A stretch of 32,000 bases of DNA from Vibrio alginolyticus NBRC 15630 = ATCC 17749 (GCF_000354175.2 NC_022349.1:2640001-2672000), one strand, 5' to 3'. Shown: positions 1-11,618, numbered from the stretch's first letter. Notes: a model not told the origin generated them from the letters alone. Numbers and translations: made by a program.

Positions 1-444
1 CGCAAATTCACACGCCATTACCATCGGAGGTAAGTTCTTTTGCTCTGGCTTACTGACATCGAATGGTAGATCTGTACCAAGCAGTAGCATTCCATCTGCC
101 TGCTTAGTAAATACGAGGTTAACGAAAGAGCTTTCGCGTTTCTTCTGTTGTCCGCTATCGCCCAGCAGGACTAGATAGCCATGTTCCATGGCTGCATCTT
201 CAATACCGCGAATAATTTCAGAAAAATAAGGATCACAGATGTCGGGAACGATAGTAACAATGGTTTTTGATTCGTTTCTACGTAAGTTACGCGCTAATGA
301 GTTTGGAGAATAACCCGCTTCAAGTACGGCATCTTCTACTCTCTTTCTTGTAGAAGAAGAGACTTTCTCTGGATTCATTAAGGCTCGAGATACCGTAGCC
401 GTAGACACTCCCGCAAGCTGGGCAACATCCTTCATTGTCGCCAT
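1..444 (-). CDS. cytR: CytR, LacI-family repressor (N-terminal ~148 codons; the gene continues past the window start)
   Basis: Manual reverse translation from the ATG at 444-442 gives MATMKDVAQLAGVSTATVSRALMNPEKVS...NESKTIVTIVPDIGDPYFSEIIRGIE...HGYLVLLGD...DGMLLLG..LPFD...NLPPMVMACEFA. This closely parallels E. coli CytR (HTH plus the start of the periplasmic-binding-protein fold). The cytR-priA-rpmE order matches E. coli. It is absent from the ORF track because it is truncated by the window edge. Confidence 0.85.
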   Translation of the reverse strand, partial: MATMKDVAQLAGVSTATVSRALMNPEKVSSSTRKRVEDAVLEAGYSPNSLARNLRRNESKTIVTIVPDICDPYFSEIIRGIEDAAMEHGYLVLLGDSGQQKKRESSFVNLVFTKQADGMLLLGTDLPFDVSKPEQKNLPPMVMACEFA

Positions 445-715
445 AGTTTTTAACCTCTCATTTATTTTTTGCCAAGATGACGTTATTCCGGTTTGAAATC
501 AGAGTAATCAAACCGAGTTAGAGCTGTATTTGCTCTTCGCTCAGTTCGTGTTAACGAGTGGGAAAATGGATTCTTCACCGCGATATCAATTTGTGGGAAT
601 AGTCATTGTTTTAATCTAAGCCTGTGCAAACAAGTCACTTTAGACTTTTCTAATTTGGATAGTCTATTCATTTCTAAAGTGAAAGTTACGGTCTGTTTAA
701 CAAAAATTGTAATCT

Positions 716-737
716 TGGTGTGATTCTGGTCACATTA
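716..737 (-). promoter_or_regulatory. CRP (cAMP receptor protein) binding site upstream of cytR
   Basis: tggTGTGAttctggTCACAtta has both consensus half-sites, TGTGA-N6-TCACA, perfect at 719-734. It lies about 280 bp upstream of the cytR ATG and 32 bp downstream of the priA stop. Confidence 0.7.
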
Positions 738-768
738 AATGGTAATTCATTACATAGTTAAACGTTTG

Positions 769-2973
769 CTAGCTGAGATCTTGTGGTTCTATGTCTAAAT
801 TCCAGCGTACTTTCTTAGCATTTGGCAACAACTCAATAGCAGGTTTGGCACTGGTTAATAACTTTTGCATCAATGAACGATGCTGAGTTTGCAGTAATAG
901 TTGCCAACGGTATTTACCAGCCCGCTTGGCCAAAGGTGAAGGAGTAGGGCCTAACACCATGCAGGAATCATCGAACAGAGGGTGTGACTCTAACGTAAAG
1001 CGAACCTGACGCAGGAAGTCTTCAACTACCTCACTTTGGTTCGCCTCTGCTTTAAACAGAGTCAAGAAACTATAAGGTGGAAGCTGAGCCAATTTGCGTT
1101 CTTCCAGAGCAGTCATAGCAAAGTGGCGATAGTCTTTTTGAAGCAGGGCCTGCAGCAAGCTGTGCTCAGGATGGTGGGTTTGTAGGATAACCTCGCCAGG
1201 TTTACTTGCGCGGCCGGCACGACCTGCGACTTGAATAAACAACTGCGCTAGTCGCTCGGAAGCGCGGAAGTCACTACTATAGAGAGAGCCATCAACATCC
1301 AAAAGAGCAACGAGCGTTACATTTGGAAAATGGTGCCCCTTAGCCAGCATTTGGGTGCCAATCAGAATTTGATGTTCACCTTTACGAATCGATTCAAGGG
1401 CATCTTCCAAACTACCTTTGCGACGTGTGCTGTCTCTGTCGATGCGAATGGCGTTGTATTCTGGAAATAACTGAGCCAATTGTTGTTCGAGTTGTTCCGT
1501 TCCTACGCCGACGGTAACCAATTGGGTTGAACCACACCCCTGACACTGATGAATTACCGGTTGTTGTGAGCCGCAGTGATGGCAGCGTATTTCGTTGCTG
1601 TAATGGTGGAACGTATAGTACGCATCACAGCGTTTACATTCTGCAATCCAACCGCATTCATGGCACATCAAAGCGGGCGAAAAGCCTCGGCGGTTAAGAA
1701 ACAACATTACTTGATTGCCAGCTTTTAAATGCTTGCGCATCTCGGCAATCAGTTGGGCAGATAAGCCACTTTCTAAATACTGACCTTTTACATCTAACAC
1801 TTTATTGGTGGTTGGCACGGCAGAGCCAGCTCGTTGGGTTAGTGTTAAATGGTGATATTTGCCTGACAAGGCATTGTGCAATGTCTCCAGTGCAGGTGTG
1901 GCTGAGCCCAGAACAATCGGAACTTGTTCTTTATGAGCGCGCATTACAGCAACATCGCGTGCATGATAACGCAAGCTATCTTGCTGTTTGTAAGAGGTGT
2001 CATGTTCCTCGTCCACAATGATAATCCCGAGATCAGCAAAAGGCGCGAGTAGGGCAGAGCGTGTGCCGATAATGATTCCGGCCGCTTTGTCGCGTGCAGA
2101 AAGCCACGCATTCAGACGCTCCGTCTCGTTTAACCCGGAGTGGATGACGTCAACTGGCACATTAAAACGGCGTTTAAAGCGGTTGATGGTTTGGGGCGTT
2201 AAGCCAATCTCTGGTACTAAAACCAAGGCTTGTTTCCCTTGCTCTAAAACTGGCTTGATAAGGTTTAAGTAAACTTCGGTTTTACCAGAGCCAGTTACTC
2301 CCTCTAATAAATAGCAAGCAAAGCCTGTTTGGCTATTTACACTTGCAATAGCCAGCGCTTGTTCGTGGTTGAGCTTTGGCTTTTCGACGTCGCATTCAAC
2401 GTGCTGTCCCCACTGGGTGATTACAGGCTTCTTCTCGATACGTTCAATCCAGCCTTTCTCTTCTAAAGACTTTAGTACTGTTGAGGCTATCTCTTGGTCG
2501 ACAAATTCCTGGTGAGGCAAAGCGCCGTTAACCAACATTTGCAAGACCTTCTGTTGTTTGACCGCTCGACGATCAAGCCCTTGCATCAGCTTGTCTTTAC
2601 CGGATTCGGTAATTTGCCACTCTTGTAGCGTCGCAAAATCTGCAGGCTTTCCTTTACGTAGAGCTGCTGGCATCGCATTGTGTAGCGTATCTCCAAGTGG
2701 GTATTGGTAGAACTGGCTGCACCAAGTCAGCAACGAATAAAGCTTTTCAGACCATATCGGCTGAGAATCAAGAACTGCTTTGATTGGCTTGAGTTGCTCT
2801 TTGGGAAAGTCCGAGTGATTAACCATCGCGGTGACGATGCCAACTAACGTTTGGCGTCCAAAAGGTACGGAAACGCGTCCACCAATGATCGGAAACAGGT
2901 GCCCCGGAATGGCGTAATCAAATTGTTTGTCGAGCGGAACGGGTAATGCCACTCTAGCAATGGTTGGACGCAT
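769..2973 (-). CDS. priA: Primosomal protein N' (replication restart helicase PriA)
   Basis: 734-aa ORF. It has Walker A GVTGSGKT, a DEEH box (IIVDEEHD) and a Cys-rich zinc insert (CHECGWIAECKRCD...CHHCG...CQGCG). The length is close to E. coli PriA and it neighbours rpmE and cytR. Confidence 0.95.
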   Translation of the reverse strand: MRPTIARVALPVPLDKQFDYAIPGHLFPIIGGRVSVPFGRQTLVGIVTAMVNHSDFPKEQLKPIKAVLDSQPIWSEKLYSLLTWCSQFYQYPLGDTLHNAMPAALRKGKPADFATLQEWQITESGKDKLMQGLDRRAVKQQKVLQMLVNGALPHQEFVDQEIASTVLKSLEEKGWIERIEKKPVITQWGQHVECDVEKPKLNHEQALAIASVNSQTGFACYLLEGVTGSGKTEVYLNLIKPVLEQGKQALVLVPEIGLTPQTINRFKRRFNVPVDVIHSGLNETERLNAWLSARDKAAGIIIGTRSALLAPFADLGIIIVDEEHDTSYKQQDSLRYHARDVAVMRAHKEQVPIVLGSATPALETLHNALSGKYHHLTLTQRAGSAVPTTNKVLDVKGQYLESGLSAQLIAEMRKHLKAGNQVMLFLNRRGFSPALMCHECGWIAECKRCDAYYTFHHYSNEIRCHHCGSQQPVIHQCQGCGSTQLVTVGVGTEQLEQQLAQLFPEYNAIRIDRDSTRRKGSLEDALESIRKGEHQILIGTQMLAKGHHFPNVTLVALLDVDGSLYSSDFRASERLAQLFIQVAGRAGRASKPGEVILQTHHPEHSLLQALLQKDYRHFAMTALEERKLAQLPPYSFLTLFKAEANQSEVVEDFLRQVRFTLESHPLFDDSCMVLGPTPSPLAKRAGKYRWQLLLQTQHRSLMQKLLTSAKPAIELLPNAKKVRWNLDIEPQDLS

Positions 2974-3269
2974 AAATTCTTAGCTATTAAAAAAGAGGGA
3001 AAGGAAATGAGAGTCTATTAAAATCGGTATGGAAATTCGAGTAAAGCAATGCGATTCAGCGTGAATCGTGCCTCTATGATTAGTCTGGCTAAAAAAGTGG
3101 CGAAAAAGTTGCCAAATGTGTTGATCCGAGCAATGTGATTCTTTACTATATCGCGCCTTGAGATATGGCTTCGGCAATTAGTTGATGCGGTATCCCATTT
3201 TATTATTAATTGCGTGTGGTGTGCGGCTTAGATTCGTATAGCGACACGGCCTACTATTGAGGTTATCCC

Positions 3270-3491
3270 ATGAAAGCTGGTATCCACCCAGAATACAAAG
3301 CAGTAAAAGCGACTTGTTCTTGCGGCAACTCTTTTGAGTTCAACTCTACTCTAGGTAAAGAGTCTATCCACCTAGACGTATGTGACAAGTGTCACCCATT
3401 CTACACTGGTAAGCAACGTATCGTTGATACAGGCGGCCGTGTTGATCGCTTCAACAAACGTTTCGGTGCACTATCAAGCGGTAAGAAATAA
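3270..3491 (+). CDS. rpmE: 50S ribosomal protein L31 (Zn-ribbon, type A)
   Basis: 73 aa, [10 protein letters not shown]...CSCG...[12 protein letters not shown]. The four-Cys Zn form is present. A GAGG-containing RBS (tattgaggttatccc) precedes the ATG. Confidence 0.95.
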   Translation: MKAGIHPEYKAVKATCSCGNSFEFNSTLGKESIHLDVCDKCHPFYTGKQRIVDTGGRVDRFNKRFGALSSGKK

Positions 3492-3520
3492 TAGCAGCCG
3501 CTATTACGATTACAGTTTAG

Positions 3521-3550
3521 AAAAGGACGCTTCGGCGTCCTTTTTGTTTT
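3521..3550 (+). terminator. Rho-independent terminator of rpmE
   Basis: AAAAGGACGC-ttcg-GCGTCCTTTTT followed by gtttt: a GC-rich stem, a UUCG loop and a T tract. Confidence 0.85.
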
Positions 3551-3616
3551 AATGGCTACCAAGCGAAGAGGAATGTATGGGGTTTGGAATATTCCCGATT
3601 ATTTTTCACTCAGCGC

Positions 3617-3644
3617 TTGCAACCTAAAGTGTGATCTGTATAAT
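3617..3644 (+). promoter_or_regulatory. Candidate sigma70 promoter of the S10 operon
   Basis: TTGCAA (3617-3622), a 16-nt spacer, then TATAAT (3639-3644). An A/T-rich UP-like tract (gattatttttcact) lies just upstream. Confidence 0.6.
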
Positions 3645-3650
3645 GCAGCG

Positions 3651-4259
<609 letters not shown>

Positions 4260-4273
4260 GGGAGATTAGAAGT

Positions 4274-4903
4274 ATGATTGGTCTAATCGGTCGTAAAGTG
4301 GGCATGACCCGCGTATTTACTGAAGAAGGCGTTTCTATCCCAGTAACAGTTGTTGAGGTTGAAGCTAACCGTGTTTCTCAAGTGAAAACTCTTGAAACTG
4401 ACGGCTACGCAGCAATCCAGGTTACAGCTGGTTCTAAGAAAGCTAACCGTGTAAACAAAGCTGAAGCAGGTCACTTTGCTAAAGCTGGCGTTGAAGCTGG
4501 TCGCGGTCTTTGGGAATTCCGTTTAGAAAACGGCGAAGAGTTCGAAGTTGGTTCAGAACTAACTGTTGAACTATTCAACGAAACTAAGAAAGTAGACGTT
4601 ACTGGTACATCTAAGGGTAAAGGTTTCCAAGGCGCTGTTAAGCGTTGGAACTTCCGTACTCAAGATATGACTCACGGTAACTCATTGTCTCACCGTGCTC
4701 CTGGTTCTATCGGTCAATGTCAGACTCCAGGTCGCGTATTTAAAGGCAAGAAAATGGCAGGTCACATGGGTGCTGAGCGTGTAACGACTCAAAACCTAGA
4801 GATCGTACGTGTTGACGCTGAGCGCAACCTGCTTCTTATTAAAGGTGCAGTCCCAGGCGCAACTGGCGGCAACGTGATCGTTAAACCAGCTGTTAAAGCA
4901 TAA
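4274..4903 (+). CDS. rplC: 50S ribosomal protein L3
   Basis: 209 aa, [17 protein letters not shown]... Second position in the S10 operon. Confidence 0.97.
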   Translation: MIGLIGRKVGMTRVFTEEGVSIPVTVVEVEANRVSQVKTLETDGYAAIQVTAGSKKANRVNKAEAGHFAKAGVEAGRGLWEFRLENGEEFEVGSELTVELFNETKKVDVTGTSKGKGFQGAVKRWNFRTQDMTHGNSLSHRAPGSIGQCQTPGRVFKGKKMAGHMGAERVTTQNLEIVRVDAERNLLLIKGAVPGATGGNVIVKPAVKA

Positions 4904-4920
4904 CGTCTCAGGAGTAAGTA

Positions 4921-5523
4921 ATGGAACTAATGGTTAAAGGTGCCGATGCACTAACTGTTTCCGAAACTACTTTCGGACGTGAGTTTAACGAAGCTCTTGT
5001 ACACCAAGTAGTTGTTGCGTACGCAGCAGGTGCTCGTCAAGGTACTCGTGCTCAAAAAACACGTTCAGAAGTTTCTGGCGGTGGCGCTAAGCCATGGCGT
5101 CAAAAAGGTACTGGCCGTGCGCGTGCTGGTACAATCCGTAGCCCAATCTGGCGTACAGGTGGTGTTACTTTTGCTGCGAAACCACAAGATCACAGCCAAA
5201 AAGTAAACAAAAAAATGTACCGTGGTGCTATGAAGAGCATTCTTTCTGAGCTTGTTCGTCAAGAGCGTCTAATCGTTGTTGATAACTTCTCAGTTGAAGC
5301 ACCAAAGACTAAAGAGCTAGTTGCTAAGCTTAAAGAGCTTGAGCTAACTGACGCTCTAATCGTGACTAGCGAAGTAGATGAGAATCTATTCCTAGCTGCT
5401 CGTAACCTATACAAAGTTGACGCACGTGATGTTGCTGGTATCGATCCAGTATCTCTAATCGCGTTTGACAAAGTTGTAATGACTGCAGAAGCAGTTAAGC
5501 AAGTAGAGGAAATGCTAGCATGA
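4921..5523 (+). CDS. rplD: 50S ribosomal protein L4
   Basis: 200 aa, with the conserved ...[14 protein letters not shown]... motif. Operon position fits. Confidence 0.97.
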   Translation: MELMVKGADALTVSETTFGREFNEALVHQVVVAYAAGARQGTRAQKTRSEVSGGGAKPWRQKGTGRARAGTIRSPIWRTGGVTFAAKPQDHSQKVNKKMYRGAMKSILSELVRQERLIVVDNFSVEAPKTKELVAKLKELELTDALIVTSEVDENLFLAARNLYKVDARDVAGIDPVSLIAFDKVVMTAEAVKQVEEMLA

Positions 5524-5822
5524 TCACTGAAGAGCGTATCCTAAAAGTTCTACGTGCACCGCACATCTCTGAAAAAGCAACTATGGCAGCTGAGAAAGCG
5601 AACACTATCGTTTTCAAAGTAGCTAAAGATGCGACTAAAAAAGAGATCAAAGCAGCTGTAGAAAAGCTATTTGAAGTTGAAGTTAAGTCTGTAAATACTC
5701 TTATCACTAAGGGTAAGACCAAACGTCAAGGTCTACGCCAAGGTCGCCGCAGCGACGTTAAGAAAGCGTACGTTACTTTGAAAGAAGGTCAAGATCTTGA
5801 CTTCGTTGGCGGCGCGGAATAA
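5520..5822 (+). CDS. rplW: 50S ribosomal protein L23
   Basis: 100 aa. Its start overlaps the rplD stop in ATGA (translational coupling). Confidence 0.96.
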
Positions 5823-5837
5823 CAGGAGTAGTTAAAA

Positions 5838-6662
5838 ATGGCTATTGTTAAATGTAAGCCGACTTCCCCTGGTCGTCGTCACGTTGTTAAAGTTGTTAAC
5901 GCTGACCTACACAAGGGCAAGCCATACGCACCTCTTCTAGAGAAAAACTCTAAGAACGGTGGTCGTAACAACAAGGGTCGTATCACAGTACGTCACATCG
6001 GCGGTGGTCACAAGCACCACTACCGTGTAGTTGACTTCAAACGTACTAAAGATGGTATTCCAGCGACAGTTGAGCGTCTTGAATACGATCCAAACCGTAG
6101 CGCAAACATTGCTCTAGTTCTTTACAAAGACGGTGAGCGTCGCTACATCCTAGCACCTAAAGGTGTTGTAGCTGGTGATGTTATTCAGTCTGGTGTTGAT
6201 GCACCAATCAAAGCTGGTAACACTCTACCAATGCGTAATATCCCAGTAGGTTCAACAGTACATAACGTTGAACTTAAGCCTGGTAAAGGTGGTCAGCTAG
6301 CTCGTTCGGCTGGTGCTTACGCTCAAATCGTTGCTCGCGACGGTGCGTACGTAACTATCCGTCTACGTTCTGGCGAGATGCGCAAAGTTCTTTCTGAAGG
6401 CCGTGCAACAATCGGTGAAGTTGGTAACTCTGAGCACATGCTACGTGAACTTGGTAAAGCAGGTGCATCACGTCATCGCGGTATCCGTCCAACGGTTCGT
6501 GGTGTTGTAATGAACCCGATTGACCACCCACATGGTGGTGGTGAAGGCCGTACTTCTGGTGGTCGTCACCCAGTATCTCCTTGGGGTATGCCTACTAAAG
6601 GCTTCAAGACTCGTAAGAACAAACGCACTGACAAGTACATCGTACGTCGTCGTAACAAGTAA
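5838..6662 (+). CDS. rplB: 50S ribosomal protein L2
   Basis: 274 aa, [15 protein letters not shown]...HPHGGGEGR. Confidence 0.97.
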   Translation: MAIVKCKPTSPGRRHVVKVVNADLHKGKPYAPLLEKNSKNGGRNNKGRITVRHIGGGHKHHYRVVDFKRTKDGIPATVERLEYDPNRSANIALVLYKDGERRYILAPKGVVAGDVIQSGVDAPIKAGNTLPMRNIPVGSTVHNVELKPGKGGQLARSAGAYAQIVARDGAYVTIRLRSGEMRKVLSEGRATIGEVGNSEHMLRELGKAGASRHRGIRPTVRGVVMNPIDHPHGGGEGRTSGGRHPVSPWGMPTKGFKTRKNKRTDKYIVRRRNK

Positions 6663-6671
6663 TCTATATAA

Positions 6672-6962
<291 letters not shown>

Positions 6963-6972
6963 GGAGTAGATA

Positions 6973-7305
6973 ATGGAAGCAATTGCTAAACATAACTTTG
7001 CTCGCATTTCGCCTCAGAAAGCTCGCTTAGTTGCGGATCTAATCCGTGGTAAATCTGTTGACCAAGCTCTAGAAATCCTAACGTTCAGCAACAAAAAAGC
7101 TGCTGCACTAGTTAAGAAAGTTCTAGAGTCTGCTATCGCTAACGCGGAGCACAACGAAGGTGCAGATATTGACGATCTGAATGTCGCAAAAATCTTTGTA
7201 GATGAAGGCCCAACCATGAAGCGTATTATGCCTCGTGCTAAAGGTCGTGCGGATCGTATCTTGAAGCGTTCAAGCCACATCACTGTTGTTGTAGCAGATC
7301 GCTAG
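6973..7305 (+). CDS. rplV: 50S ribosomal protein L22
   Basis: 110 aa. Operon position and length match L22. Confidence 0.96.
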   Translation: MEAIAKHNFARISPQKARLVADLIRGKSVDQALEILTFSNKKAAALVKKVLESAIANAEHNEGADIDDLNVAKIFVDEGPTMKRIMPRAKGRADRILKRSSHITVVVADR

Positions 7306-7323
7306 AGACTAGGAGAGTAAGCA

Positions 7324-8022
7324 ATGGGTCAAAAAGTACATCCAAATGGTATTCGTCTAGGCATCGTTAAGCCTTGGAATGCTACATGGTTTGCTAACAC
7401 CAAAGATTTCGCTGACAACCTAGACGGCGACTTCAAGGTACGTCAGTTCCTTACAAGTGAACTGAAAAAAGCGTCTCTATCACGTATCGTTATCGAGCGT
7501 CCTGCTAAGAGCATCCGTGTGACTATTCACACTGCTCGTCCAGGCGTTGTTATCGGTAAGAAAGGTGAAGACGTTGAGAAGCTACGCGCAGCTGTAGCTA
7601 AAATTGCAGGTGTACCAGCGCAAATTAACATCGCTGAAGTACGTAAGCCTGAACTAGATGCGCAACTTGTTGGTGACAGCATCGCGTCTCAGCTAGAGCG
7701 TCGTGTTATGTTCCGTCGTGCTATGAAGCGCGCAGTACAAAACGCAATGCGCCTAGGCGCTAAAGGTATCAAAGTGGAAGTAAGCGGTCGTCTAGGCGGC
7801 GCTGAAATCGCACGTTCAGAGTGGTACCGTGAAGGCCGTGTGCCTCTACACACTCTACGTGCTGACATTGATTACGCAACTTCTTCGGCTCACACTCAAT
7901 ACGGTGTGATCGGCATTAAAACTTGGATCTTCAAAGGTGAAATCCTAGGTGGTATGCCAGCAGCTAACGCTGTAGAGCCTAAAGGCGACAAGCCTAAGAA
8001 GCAGCGTAAAGGCCGTAAGTAA
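7324..8022 (+). CDS. rpsC: 30S ribosomal protein S3
   Basis: 232 aa, [20 protein letters not shown]-type N-terminus with a KH domain. Confidence 0.97.
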   Translation: MGQKVHPNGIRLGIVKPWNATWFANTKDFADNLDGDFKVRQFLTSELKKASLSRIVIERPAKSIRVTIHTARPGVVIGKKGEDVEKLRAAVAKIAGVPAQINIAEVRKPELDAQLVGDSIASQLERRVMFRRAMKRAVQNAMRLGAKGIKVEVSGRLGGAEIARSEWYREGRVPLHTLRADIDYATSSAHTQYGVIGIKTWIFKGEILGGMPAANAVEPKGDKPKKQRKGRK

Positions 8023-8033
8023 GGAGTCGACAG

Positions 8034-8444
8034 ATGCTACAACCTAAACGTACTAAGTTCCGTAAGGTTCAGACTGGTCGTAACCGTGGTCTAGCTAAAG
8101 GTACTGATGTAAGCTTCGGCGAATTCGGTCTTAAAGCTGTTGGCCGTGGTCGTCTAACTGCTCGTCAAATCGAAGCGGCACGTCGTGCAATGACACGTCA
8201 CGTTAAGCGTCAAGGTAAAATCTGGATCCGTGTGTTCCCAGACAAACCAATCACAGAAAAACCACTTGAAGTTCGTCAAGGTAAGGGTAAAGGTAACGTT
8301 GAGTACTGGGTAGCCCAAATCCAACCTGGTAAGGTTATGTACGAAATGGGTGGTGTACCTGAAGAATTGGCACGTGAAGCGTTCCGTCTTGCGGCACGTA
8401 AACTGCCTTTCAAAACTACATTTGTAACTAAGCAGGTGATGTGA
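8034..8444 (+). CDS. rplP: 50S ribosomal protein L16
   Basis: 136 aa, [11 protein letters not shown]. Confidence 0.97.
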
Positions 8445-8635
8445 TGAAAGCACAAGATCTACGCGAGAAAAGCGTTGAAGAGCTTAACGCTGAGCTAATG
8501 AATTTGCTACGCGAACAGTTCAACTTGCGCATGCAAGCTGCGACTGGTCAACTACAGCAAACTCATACTCTGAAAGCTGTACGCCGTGATATCGCACGTG
8601 TGAAAACTGTTTTGACTGAGAAGGCAGGCGCATAA
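8444..8635 (+). CDS. rpmC: 50S ribosomal protein L29
   Basis: 63 aa from the ATG at 8444 ([15 protein letters not shown]...), which overlaps the rplP TGA by 1 nt. The track start at 8441 is a GTG one codon upstream. E. coli L29 begins MKANELREKS, which favours 8444. Confidence 0.93.
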
Positions 8636-8889
8636 TGAGCGAAGTAAAACGTACTCAACAAGGTCGTGTTGTTAGCGACAAGATGGACAAGTCTATCACT
8701 GTTGCTATCGAACGTTTCGTAAAACACCCAATCTACGGTAAATACGTAAAACGTACGACTAAAGTACACGCACATGACGAGAACAACGAGTGTGGCCTAG
8801 GCGACACAGTTGAAATCGCAGAGTGTCGTCCACTGTCTAAGACTAAGTCTTGGACTTTGGTAAAAGTTCTAGAAAAGGCGAAGATTTAA
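8635..8889 (+). CDS. rpsQ: 30S ribosomal protein S17
   Basis: 84 aa. The ATG overlaps the rpmC TAA (TAATG). Last gene of the S10 operon. Confidence 0.96.
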   Translation: MSEVKRTQQGRVVSDKMDKSITVAIERFVKHPIYGKYVKRTTKVHAHDENNECGLGDTVEIAECRPLSKTKSWTLVKVLEKAKI

Positions 8890-8911
8890 TCTCGTTAATT
8901 CTATGAAACTA

Positions 8912-8949
8912 AAGCGGCTCCAAAATATTTTTGGAGCCGTTTATTTTTT
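8912..8949 (+). terminator. Rho-independent terminator at the end of the S10 operon
   Basis: CGGCTCCAAAA-tatt-TTTTGGAGCCG (8914-8939) followed by tttatttttt. Confidence 0.8.
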
Positions 8950-8981
8950 GACTACCCAATCACAAAAAAGGGTGGTACAAT
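8948..8981 (+). promoter_or_regulatory. Candidate spc operon promoter (extended -10)
   Basis: TGgTACAAT (8973-8981) is an extended -10. TTGACT (8948-8953) is -35-like, but the spacer is 22 nt, so the -35 assignment is doubtful. Confidence 0.45.
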
Positions 8982-9051
8982 TCGCGTCCCTTTTAAAGAG
9001 GCAGCCCGACCCGTGATGGGTCTAGTTATTAATATTTAGCGGAGCACTAAC

Positions 9052-9423
9052 ATGATCCAAATGCAAAGTATGCTGGACGCAGCTGATAACTCAGGCGCAC
9101 GCAGCGTAATGTGTATTAAGGTTCTGGGTGGCTCTCACCGCCGTTATGCACATATCGGTGACGTCATCAAAGTTACTGTGAAGGAAGCAATCCCTCGCGG
9201 TAAAGTTAAAAAAGGTGATGTTCTGAAGGCGGTGGTAGTGCGCACCCGTAAAGGCGTACGTCGTCCTGACGGTTCTGTCATTCGCTTCGACCGAAATGCT
9301 TGCGTATTGCTAAACGACAATACTGAGCAACCAATCGGTACACGTATCTTTGGTCCTGTGACACGCGAACTTCGTGGCGATAAGTTCATGAAGATCGTTT
9401 CACTGGCTCCAGAAGTTCTGTAA
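9052..9423 (+). CDS. rplN: 50S ribosomal protein L14
   Basis: 123 aa, [17 protein letters not shown]. Confidence 0.97.
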
Positions 9424-9436
9424 GGAGCACGTAGAA

Positions 9437-9754
9437 ATGGCAGCTAAAATCCGTCGTAATGACGAAGTAATCGTTCTTGCTGGTAAAGACAAAGGCAAGA
9501 AAGGTAAAGTAACTAAGGTTCTAGCAACTGGTAAAGTTATCGTTGAAGGTATCAACCTAGTTAAGAAACATCAGAAACCTGTTCCAGCTATGGGTATCCA
9601 AGGCGGTATCGTAGAGCAAGAAGCAGCTATCGACGTTTCTAACGTGGCTATCTTTAACGCAGCTACTGGTAAAGCTGACCGTATCGGTTTCCGTTTTGAA
9701 GACGGCAAAAAAGTTCGTTTCTTCAAGTCTAACGGCGAAACCGTTTCTAACTAA
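9437..9754 (+). CDS. rplX: 50S ribosomal protein L24
   Basis: 105 aa, [21 protein letters not shown] (KOW motif). Confidence 0.96.
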   Translation: MAAKIRRNDEVIVLAGKDKGKKGKVTKVLATGKVIVEGINLVKKHQKPVPAMGIQGGIVEQEAAIDVSNVAIFNAATGKADRIGFRFEDGKKVRFFKSNGETVSN

Positions 9755-9777
9755 TAGAAGTAATTTGGAGTTCTACT

Positions 9778-10317
9778 ATGGCGAAACTGCATGATTACTA
9801 CAAGTCGTCTGTAGTCGCTGAACTGACCAAACAGTTCGGTTACACAAGCGTCATGCAAGTCCCTAGAATCGAGAAAATCACCCTAAACATGGGTGTTGGT
9901 GAAGCAATCAACGATAAGAAACTGCTAGAAAATGCAGCGTCTGATATGGCAACGATCTCTGGTCAAAAGCCACTTATCACAAAAGCGCGCAAATCTGTTG
10001 CAGGTTTCAAAATCCGTGAAGGCTACCCTATCGGTTGTAAAGTAACCTTGCGTGGCGAACGTATGTGGGATTTTCTTGAGCGTTTAATTAACATCGCTCT
10101 TCCACGTGTACGTGACTTCCGTGGTGTTAGCGCTAAGTCTTTTGACGGTCGCGGTAACTACAGCATGGGCGTTCGCGAGCAAATCATCTTCCCGGAAATC
10201 GACTTTGATAAAGTTGATCGAGTACGCGGTCTAGACATCACTATTACGACGTCTGCTGGTACTGATGAGGAAGGCCGTGCTCTGCTGGCTGCCTTTAACT
10301 TCCCATTCCGTAAGTAA
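9778..10317 (+). CDS. rplE: 50S ribosomal protein L5
   Basis: 179 aa, MAKLHDYYK... Confidence 0.97.
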   Translation: MAKLHDYYKSSVVAELTKQFGYTSVMQVPRIEKITLNMGVGEAINDKKLLENAASDMATISGQKPLITKARKSVAGFKIREGYPIGCKVTLRGERMWDFLERLINIALPRVRDFRGVSAKSFDGRGNYSMGVREQIIFPEIDFDKVDRVRGLDITITTSAGTDEEGRALLAAFNFPFRK

Positions 10318-10334
10318 GGTGAAGGGTTACTGTT

Positions 10335-10640
10335 ATGGCTAAAAATTCAATGAAAGCACGTGAAGCAAAACGTGCGAAGCTAGTAGCTAAGTTCGCTGAA
10401 AAGCGTGCAGCGCTAAAAGCTATCATCAGCGATGTAAACGCATCTGAAGAAGATCGTTGGAACGCGGTTCTTACACTGCAATCTCTTCCACGTGATTCAA
10501 GTGCATCACGTCAGCGCAACCGTTGCAACCAAACTGGTCGTCCACACGGTTACCTACGTAAGTTCGGTCTAAGCCGTATTAAGGTTCGTGAAGCTTGCAT
10601 GAAAGGCGAGATTCCGGGTCTTCGTAAGGCTAGCTGGTAA
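10335..10640 (+). CDS. rpsN: 30S ribosomal protein S14 (long form without the Zn motif)
   Basis: 101 aa, ending ...[11 protein letters not shown]. Confidence 0.96.
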   Translation: MAKNSMKAREAKRAKLVAKFAEKRAALKAIISDVNASEEDRWNAVLTLQSLPRDSSASRQRNRCNQTGRPHGYLRKFGLSRIKVREACMKGEIPGLRKASW

Positions 10641-10669
10641 TTGCCACTTAATCATTTGGAGTAAATCAT

Positions 10670-11062
10670 ATGAGCATGCAAGATCCGATTTCGGATATGC
10701 TGACCCGTGTTCGTAACGGTCAGGCAGCAAACAAAGTTGCTGTAAAAATGCCTTCTTCAAAGCTTAAAGTTGCAATTGCTGCACTACTAAAAGCTGAAGG
10801 TTACATCGTTGACTTCGCTGTTGAAGGCGAAGCAAAACCTGAGCTAGAAGTTACACTTAAGTACTTCCAAGCTAAACCAGTAATCGAGCAACTTAAACGT
10901 GTTTCTCGTCCAGGTCTACGTGTTTACAAGAAGAAAGATGAACTTCCTTCTGTAATGGGTGGTCTTGGTATTGCTATCGTTTCTACTTCCAAGGGTCTTA
11001 TGTCAGACCGCGCTGCACGTAAAGCAGGTCTTGGTGGTGAAATCATCGCTTACGTAGCTTAA
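10670..11062 (+). CDS. rpsH: 30S ribosomal protein S8
   Basis: 130 aa, [17 protein letters not shown]. Confidence 0.97.
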   Translation: MSMQDPISDMLTRVRNGQAANKVAVKMPSSKLKVAIAALLKAEGYIVDFAVEGEAKPELEVTLKYFQAKPVIEQLKRVSRPGLRVYKKKDELPSVMGGLGIAIVSTSKGLMSDRAARKAGLGGEIIAYVA

Positions 11063-11075
11063 TAAGGAGTAGACT

Positions 11076-11609
11076 ATGTCTCGTGTTGCAAAAGCACCTG
11101 TCGCTATTCCAGCTGGCGTAGAGGTGAAACTAAACGGCCAAGAAATCACTGTAAAAGGTGCGAAAGGCGAACTAACTCGCGTTCTTAACAACGCAGTTGT
11201 AATCGCTCAGGAAGAAAATAACCTGACTTTCGGTCCTAAAGAAGGTGTTGCTAACGCATGGGCTCAAGCAGGTACTGCTCGCGCTCTAGTTAACAACATG
11301 GTTGTTGGTGTTACTGAAGGCTTTACTAAGAAGCTAACTCTTAAAGGTGTAGGTTACCGTGCTGCTATCAAAGGCAACGCTGTAGGTCTAACACTAGGCT
11401 TCTCACACCCAGTTGAGCACGAGTTGCCAGCGGGTATTAAAGCTGAATGTCCAAGCCAAACTGAAATCGTGATCACTGGTGCTGACAAGCAACTAGTTGG
11501 TCAAGTTGCGGCTGACATTCGTTCTTACCGTGAGCCTGAGCCATACAAAGGCAAAGGTGTTCGTTACGCAGATGAAAATGTGCGTACTAAAGAAGCTAAG
11601 AAGAAGTAA
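11076..11609 (+). CDS. rplF: 50S ribosomal protein L6
   Basis: 177 aa, [17 protein letters not shown]. Confidence 0.97.
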   Translation: MSRVAKAPVAIPAGVEVKLNGQEITVKGAKGELTRVLNNAVVIAQEENNLTFGPKEGVANAWAQAGTARALVNNMVVGVTEGFTKKLTLKGVGYRAAIKGNAVGLTLGFSHPVEHELPAGIKAECPSQTEIVITGADKQLVGQVAADIRSYREPEPYKGKGVRYADENVRTKEAKKK

Positions 11610-11618
11610 GGTAACACT

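Noticed and set aside
623-639. A second CRP-like motif, TGTGCaaacaagTCACT, in the cytR upstream region.
   Set aside because: The half-site spacing is 7 rather than 6 and both halves are imperfect. That is not enough to call without binding data.
1812-2272. Two plus-strand ORFs (69 and 91 aa) lie antisense to priA.
   Set aside because: They sit entirely inside a well-supported conserved gene, have no RBS, and are typical shadow ORFs.
2980-3177. A 65-aa minus-strand ORF fills the priA-rpmE divergent spacer and ends 6 nt before the priA ATG.
   Set aside because: It has a TTG start and no Shine-Dalgarno sequence. The sequence is His-, Phe- and Ser-rich and low in complexity. The region must contain the divergent priA and rpmE promoters, so this is most likely a chance ORF.
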